DNA of 64,000 nucleotides from NCBI GenBank assembly GCA_029564765.1, contig JAKQPK010000050.1, forward strand, positions 146,977 through 210,976, read 5' to 3'. Position numbers and translations under genes: made by a program. A model generated the notes under the pieces. The model saw nothing but the letters and a program-made list of their open reading frames with translations. It searched no databases and was not told the origin of the DNA. The DNA is from Candidatus Omnitrophota bacterium. GTDB taxonomy: Bacteria > Omnitrophota > Gorgyraeia > Zapsychrales > Aceulaceae. Each line of letters opens with the position of its first letter. Position 1 is the first letter of the stretch. Positions 59,693 to 64,000 of the stretch are shown piece by piece.

Positions 59693-62600
59693 TTAAAAGA
59701 AAATATCCATTCTTTTCATCATTCCAGCGCGAGCCTTTTGCGCAAGATCTTCACCTAAAATAGACCCCTTGATCTCTGTCTTCTTGCCTGCAACGTTTGT
59801 GCATACGATCGTCTTGATGACAGCCTTGGAATCAAAAGTATTAACCTTTCTAGGATTATGATAGACGACCAACGTGGAATTCATAAAGTTGAATGCGTAT
59901 GTTTGGGCCGGCAGCCTAACATCTTCCCAGCGGCCATTCCTTCCTAAGATACGAACACTAGTTTCTTTCCGTGAAAACAAGTCCTTTGATAAGATCGGCT
60001 TAAATGCCAATTGAAGTTTCCCATCGCCATCCAATGAGAAAGGGCTCAGGCCCATGTTCATAGTCAACCAAATATGAACAAATTCCGCTGTTGATCCGCT
60101 AAGGCGAGCCACATAACCGCGGCCATGAATTTCAGGGTTTTCATGAGCACTACTCACAACAAAAGACGAATTTTCCAGGATACTCCTGCCGTATGTTTCA
60201 GGATCCAAGAAAGGAACAAGCGTATGAGGCAAATTCTCGTAAAACTCATCATAAAGACCGCACCGCAAGAGCTCCAGAAGAAACTTATATTCCATATGGA
60301 TCCAAATGGACTGATTTTCAAGCCATCCCGCTGGAAATATACGCGCTCGACCGATCTCTGAACTTTCATTCGAAAGGTCTGTATTCACTCGATACATCTT
60401 AAGCTTTTTATCAAAAAGCTCACTACGGCGAACCGCCTGATAGAGAGCCCTTGCTTTCGAAGGATCTTTTTCTACGCGTAACGCATGAACAAAGCCTTCC
60501 AAGAAAAGAGGCAAGTCATGGCGTTCAAACTTTTTTGGCATCAAGAACGGCAAACCCTGATCATTATTAACGCCCGTTTCTCGATAATCAACGATCTTAT
60601 GATAAAAATAGGTCGCCACGCATCCCTTGCTATCCGTAGCAAGCTTGATACCTGCGTCTACCTTTTCAATAATAAGGCGCAAGAATTTCCTGATATCCTG
60701 AACGGACATCTTGAACTCAGCCCCATTAATACCTTTTGTGACCAAGGAACGGTATGTTTCTTTAGCCTGATTGGACTTCTCCCAATAACCAAGCAATGAC
60801 CGCTCAGTTTGCAGGATATTAATTAAAGCAGAAACAAAAAAATGAAGCTCTTCAAAGATCTCGACAGTCGTTGCGTCGCTCAGCCCCAACGCGCTGAATG
60901 ATTCCAAAAGGAAAAGGCAAGAACGCTTCAATTCGATCGCCTCATTGATAGAAGAACCGAGAAGCCCCGGCAAGCCATTAAGGGCATCATACCAATTAGG
61001 CTTATCCGCCTCCATTTCAATGCCAACGCCTGAAGGATCCAGAGAGGCAGCTTTATTAGCGATCAGACACAAAAACTTTGTGAGCAGATGTGTCGTGTAC
61101 ACATCGCCTTGGCCCTCCTGAACGCGAAGCTTGTTATCCTTTCTCGCCTTTAAGGCGTCAGTAGAAATTTTGACGACAGAACGATACTGTCGCGGCCCAC
61201 GGGTCGTTAAGATATACCGCTTATCGCGAGGCAAAACAGAATAAGTATTATGGTAAAACGTGAAGATCTTTTTCTCGAAAAGGATCTCCTTTAGGCGCTC
61301 TGGGTAAACCCCCAAAAAGCTCTGAACAAGATCCAGATTATACGTCCAATGATCCGTCCAAAAACCCTCGCCATGCTCAGCTAATTCAAAAGCTGTACAG
61401 CAGGCCAATACTTTCAGTAGAAAATCTTTTGGCGTTATCAAAAGACGGATGTCTTTTTCAAAAATGGCTTTTAGAATAAGCCCTGGGAAAAACTCTTTTG
61501 AGAGCAGCTCTTTAACGGTTGCCCTGTCATCTTTATCAACATACGCGCGTACAAGATCATCAATCTTTTTGGGATCAGAAAAACGAAAGGCGGTCCCTTG
61601 CACGATCAAAGGATTGTATCCATCCGCCTGGATCAGATTAAAAAAATTGATCACGCTTCCCTCATTCAAGTCGCGATTGAACCAAATATCATTACGCCGA
61701 TTTTGGTTCACATCCCGATAATTACCGTTCCCTTGAGAGAGGAATGTTGGGTTCAAAATAAAATAGTTGTAATCCCGCTCCGGATCGCCGTGCTTTCGGC
61801 TAAAAACATTAAAAACAGCTTTTCCTTTTTCTGTCTTGAAAGATAGCGGGAGCCCTCCGCGCAAAACATTGTCAACAAATGTCTGTCCGGCATAAAGATT
61901 AAATTCACGGCAAGCACTATGGGTGAACATGTAGTTCTGGATCTCCGACAGGATCTCTTGGCTGCGTTCACGTTTGACCTTTAAATATTCCCCTTGCACA
62001 CTACGCTTGACGATACGGTTCAACTGTGACTTACTGTGAATATGGCCGATCAATGAGGTGATCGTGTGCGACTCTCCAGACAAAGACGTAAACTTTGCAT
62101 GCGCCATGGCCGAGGGTGTTTGGTTGCGGGTTTTTTGATCTTTCGGGACCTTAAAATCATCTTTCAAGAATAACTTCGGATAGCAAAAATCAGTTGTCGC
62201 TCCAAAAACGCATGATGGCTGAACGATAGGGTCCAATAACTTTGGCTTACCCCCATCCTTTTCAAAAGCAAAATAAAAATTCCCCTCGTTGATGTTCTCG
62301 ACATAAGGTTTATCCGAAACAATGACTTCTAAATTATAATAAGGAGCCTTATTCTCACAATTAGAAACCTTGATCCAGGCTTCTACGGTCCGGGAGATAT
62401 CCTTTAAAAGCCTGTCATTAAACCCATAAGGGATGATCGCCGGCATACCATCGACCACTTCCATGGGGTAAGCTGTCTTTGTCATATTCTTGATCGTAAC
62501 CTTACGGATCAGCGCGGCATACTGCTCTTCCGGTAGCGTCGTATAGTTTACCTCAACGGCAAGCCCTAATGTATGATTGATCTCTTCGATCGTCAGGTCA

Positions 62601-62959
62601 TGCCCCGAAATAGCCATACGCTGAGAGACCTTAAAACGGGTGTTACAAAGATTATCCTGAAAAGGCTCATAAAAGAATGTCTTAGCGCCTTTCTTTATTT
62701 TAATGAAAGTTCGGAATCCATGCAGCGACGTATAGCGATAGGCCTTGTTGGCCGGTTGAAATTCCATGATCGCCTTGTCCTTACTTTCAATACCAAAGCT
62801 TGAGATGCATTGGCCGCGGTTGACATAAAACACCCACATCGGGATCCCCCACGCGCCTGCAACACCAGGAAAAAAATTAGTGAAGATCTTGGCGTTATTG
62901 TAGTCCTCAATTACAAAACGGTTCTTGTCATCCAAATAATACCGTGCAGCTTGCGTCAT
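59693..62959 (-). CDS. Large glycoside phosphorylase, probably GH161 beta-1,3-glucan phosphorylase
   Basis: 1088 aa, no signal peptide. GIPMWVFYVNRGQ, SRKHGDPERDYN, GNGNYRDVNQNRR, DHWTYNLD, KPNWYDALNG (catalytic loop), WLENQSIWIH, LSGST. Confidence 0.8.
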   Translation of the reverse strand: MTQAARYYLDDKNRFVIEDYNNAKIFTNFFPGVAGAWGIPMWVFYVNRGQCISSFGIESKDKAIMEFQPANKAYRYTSLHGFRTFIKIKKGAKTFFYEPFQDNLCNTRFKVSQRMAISGHDLTIEEINHTLGLAVEVNYTTLPEEQYAALIRKVTIKNMTKTAYPMEVVDGMPAIIPYGFNDRLLKDISRTVEAWIKVSNCENKAPYYNLEVIVSDKPYVENINEGNFYFAFEKDGGKPKLLDPIVQPSCVFGATTDFCYPKLFLKDDFKVPKDQKTRNQTPSAMAHAKFTSLSGESHTITSLIGHIHSKSQLNRIVKRSVQGEYLKVKRERSQEILSEIQNYMFTHSACREFNLYAGQTFVDNVLRGGLPLSFKTEKGKAVFNVFSRKHGDPERDYNYFILNPTFLSQGNGNYRDVNQNRRNDIWFNRDLNEGSVINFFNLIQADGYNPLIVQGTAFRFSDPKKIDDLVRAYVDKDDRATVKELLSKEFFPGLILKAIFEKDIRLLITPKDFLLKVLACCTAFELAEHGEGFWTDHWTYNLDLVQSFLGVYPERLKEILFEKKIFTFYHNTYSVLPRDKRYILTTRGPRQYRSVVKISTDALKARKDNKLRVQEGQGDVYTTHLLTKFLCLIANKAASLDPSGVGIEMEADKPNWYDALNGLPGLLGSSINEAIELKRSCLFLLESFSALGLSDATTVEIFEELHFFVSALINILQTERSLLGYWEKSNQAKETYRSLVTKGINGAEFKMSVQDIRKFLRLIIEKVDAGIKLATDSKGCVATYFYHKIVDYRETGVNNDQGLPFLMPKKFERHDLPLFLEGFVHALRVEKDPSKARALYQAVRRSELFDKKLKMYRVNTDLSNESSEIGRARIFPAGWLENQSIWIHMEYKFLLELLRCGLYDEFYENLPHTLVPFLDPETYGRSILENSSFVVSSAHENPEIHGRGYVARLSGSTAEFVHIWLTMNMGLSPFSLDGDGKLQLAFKPILSKDLFSRKETSVRILGRNGRWEDVRLPAQTYAFNFMNSTLVVYHNPRKVNTFDSKAVIKTIVCTNVAGKKTEIKGSILGEDLAQKARAGMMKRMDIFF

Positions 62960-62987
62960 GATCTTCCTTTCGTAAAGTCAAGTAAGA

Positions 62988-63770
62988 TTAATATGGATTT
63001 ACGGGCTTACGGAAAAGATTATAATACCCGAACAGCTTAACAAAAACGTTCCAATACACATTATCTTTATTGCCAAAGCGTATACGCTTAAGCTCATAGA
63101 GATCCTCATTGAACCGGGTGTATCCTCGGTTCGTTGTGCACGCTGACAGATATCCAGCTTCTTCGGCCAACGCCTTGCTGTCTTCATTAAAACCACCGAT
63201 AGGATAGGAAAAGTGGTGGATCGTATGGCCTAAGCGGCTTTCAATAAATTCTTTACTGCCGATGATCTCTTTTCGTTGCTGATCCCTCGTCAGATCCGGC
63301 AAATAAGGATGTGTCAATGTATGGCTACCAAAATCGATACCTGAGAACTCCATCTCCTTGATCTGATCCCAAGTCAAATAATTCTCATGTTCGATCAAAG
63401 ACGCAACGATAAAGATCGTCGCTGGAAAACCATATTTCTTCAAGATAGGAAACGCGTGGTGATAGTTGTCCGCGTAGCCATCATCAAAGGTGATGACAAC
63501 ACTGTTGTGAGGTAAAGAACTTTTTTCGCGGATCGCGCGGGCAAGATCTGTAAGGCTAATGACGTTGAATTTATGCCGCTTTAAGAAAGCCATTTGATAT
63601 TCAAAATTCTTGTTGCTGACGCTGTTCAAGGCGCCTTTTCGCTCCGATGGTTCCGCATTGTGGTACATGATGATGGGGACGGTGTACTTGCCGTAGAATT
63701 CCACACCGTAGGTCGCGGCAATAACTCCGATAAAAATCAAAATGATAACAACGCGCTGAAATCTTTTCAT
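62988..63770 (-). CDS. Polysaccharide deacetylase (CE4) with N-terminal membrane anchor
   Basis: PIIMYH, ITFDDGY, GSHTLTH, FSYPIG. Confidence 0.9.
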   Translation of the reverse strand: MKRFQRVVIILIFIGVIAATYGVEFYGKYTVPIIMYHNAEPSERKGALNSVSNKNFEYQMAFLKRHKFNVISLTDLARAIREKSSLPHNSVVITFDDGYADNYHHAFPILKKYGFPATIFIVASLIEHENYLTWDQIKEMEFSGIDFGSHTLTHPYLPDLTRDQQRKEIIGSKEFIESRLGHTIHHFSYPIGGFNEDSKALAEEAGYLSACTTNRGYTRFNEDLYELKRIRFGNKDNVYWNVFVKLFGYYNLFRKPVNPY

Positions 63771-63787
63771 AAGTAATATTTTTTATT

Positions 63788-64000
63788 TTACAACGATGAG
63801 AGGGCCTGTCGAACAAGATCGCTAATGATCTTATTGTCAGCACGTCCTTCAAATTTAGCAACAACGGCCTTCATGACCGACCCCATGTCTTTCATGCTTT
63901 TCGCGCCGGTCTCATGAACAGCCTGACCAACGGCATCCGCGATCTCCTGTGCAGAGGCCTGCTGAGGTAAATAGTTCTGCAAAATAACCATTTCTGCTTT
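63788..64000 (-). CDS. GatB/YqeY domain protein (partial, 5' end beyond window)
   Basis: YLPQQ, KDMGSVMK, GRAD...S.LVR. Confidence 0.85.
   Translation of the reverse strand, partial: KAEMVILQNYLPQQASAQEIADAVGQAVHETGAKSMKDMGSVMKAVVAKFEGRADNKIISDLVRQALSSL

Noticed and set aside
48-63864. Numerous 60-200 aa ORFs overlapping the called genes on other frames or strands (e.g. 32628-33248, 35664-36209, 58760-59308)
   Set aside because: They lie within confidently identified genes, lack recognisable motifs, and are consistent with shadow ORFs
1-64000. Cyanobacterial-type HIP1 octamer (GCGATCGC) as the enriched motif
   Set aside because: Several copies exist (e.g. near 42551 and 54040), but by eye the flanks of GATC vary widely; I cannot show enrichment beyond the GATC core without counting
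1-64000. CRISPR arrays, IS elements, prophage, rRNA or riboswitches (including SAM before metK)
   Set aside because: No spaced direct repeats, transposase or phage genes were seen; intergenic gaps are short and metK overlaps its upstream gene

Overview
This is 64 kb of gene-dense core chromosome from a diderm, LPS-making bacterium. The gene order and protein style suggest the PVC superphylum, possibly Ca. Omnitrophota; this is inference, as no rRNA marker is present. About 60 CDS and 3 tRNAs (Lys, Leu, Gly) are on the minus strand, except a divergent Gfo/Idh/MocA (GnnA-like) + lpxB pair. In + coordinate order the window holds: a MotB/OmpA-like lipoprotein, purA, serA, a class V aminotransferase, clpP and tig; an lptB/lptC-lptA/kdsCDAB/heptose kinase block; a large lipid A/core glycosyltransferase operon (three GT9, GT4, a GT4-GT9 fusion, an LpxL-ELM1 fusion, lpxK, waaA); xerC-topA-dprA-aroK-pilD-aroE-leuA-ilvC-pfkA-ahcY-metK; a transporter-less PTS module with yvcK; tRNAs and frr-pyrH-tsf-rpsB; msbA and lpxB; a MoxR-DUF58-BatABCDE operon; and a GH16 + GH161-like beta-1,3-glucan phosphorylase pair. 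I found no mobile element, CRISPR array or prophage. The most notable observations are: (1) multi-domain fusion enzymes in LPS assembly and export (LpxL-ELM1, LpsB-like GT4-GT9, LptC-LptA); (2) window-wide GATC over-representation, roughly 3-6 fold in hand-counted samples; (3) a beta-1,3-glucan hydrolase/phosphorylase pair running into a Bat operon that ends in an exported nitroreductase; (4) a trigger factor lacking its PPIase domain. All calls come from motif recognition by eye; no database searches were run.
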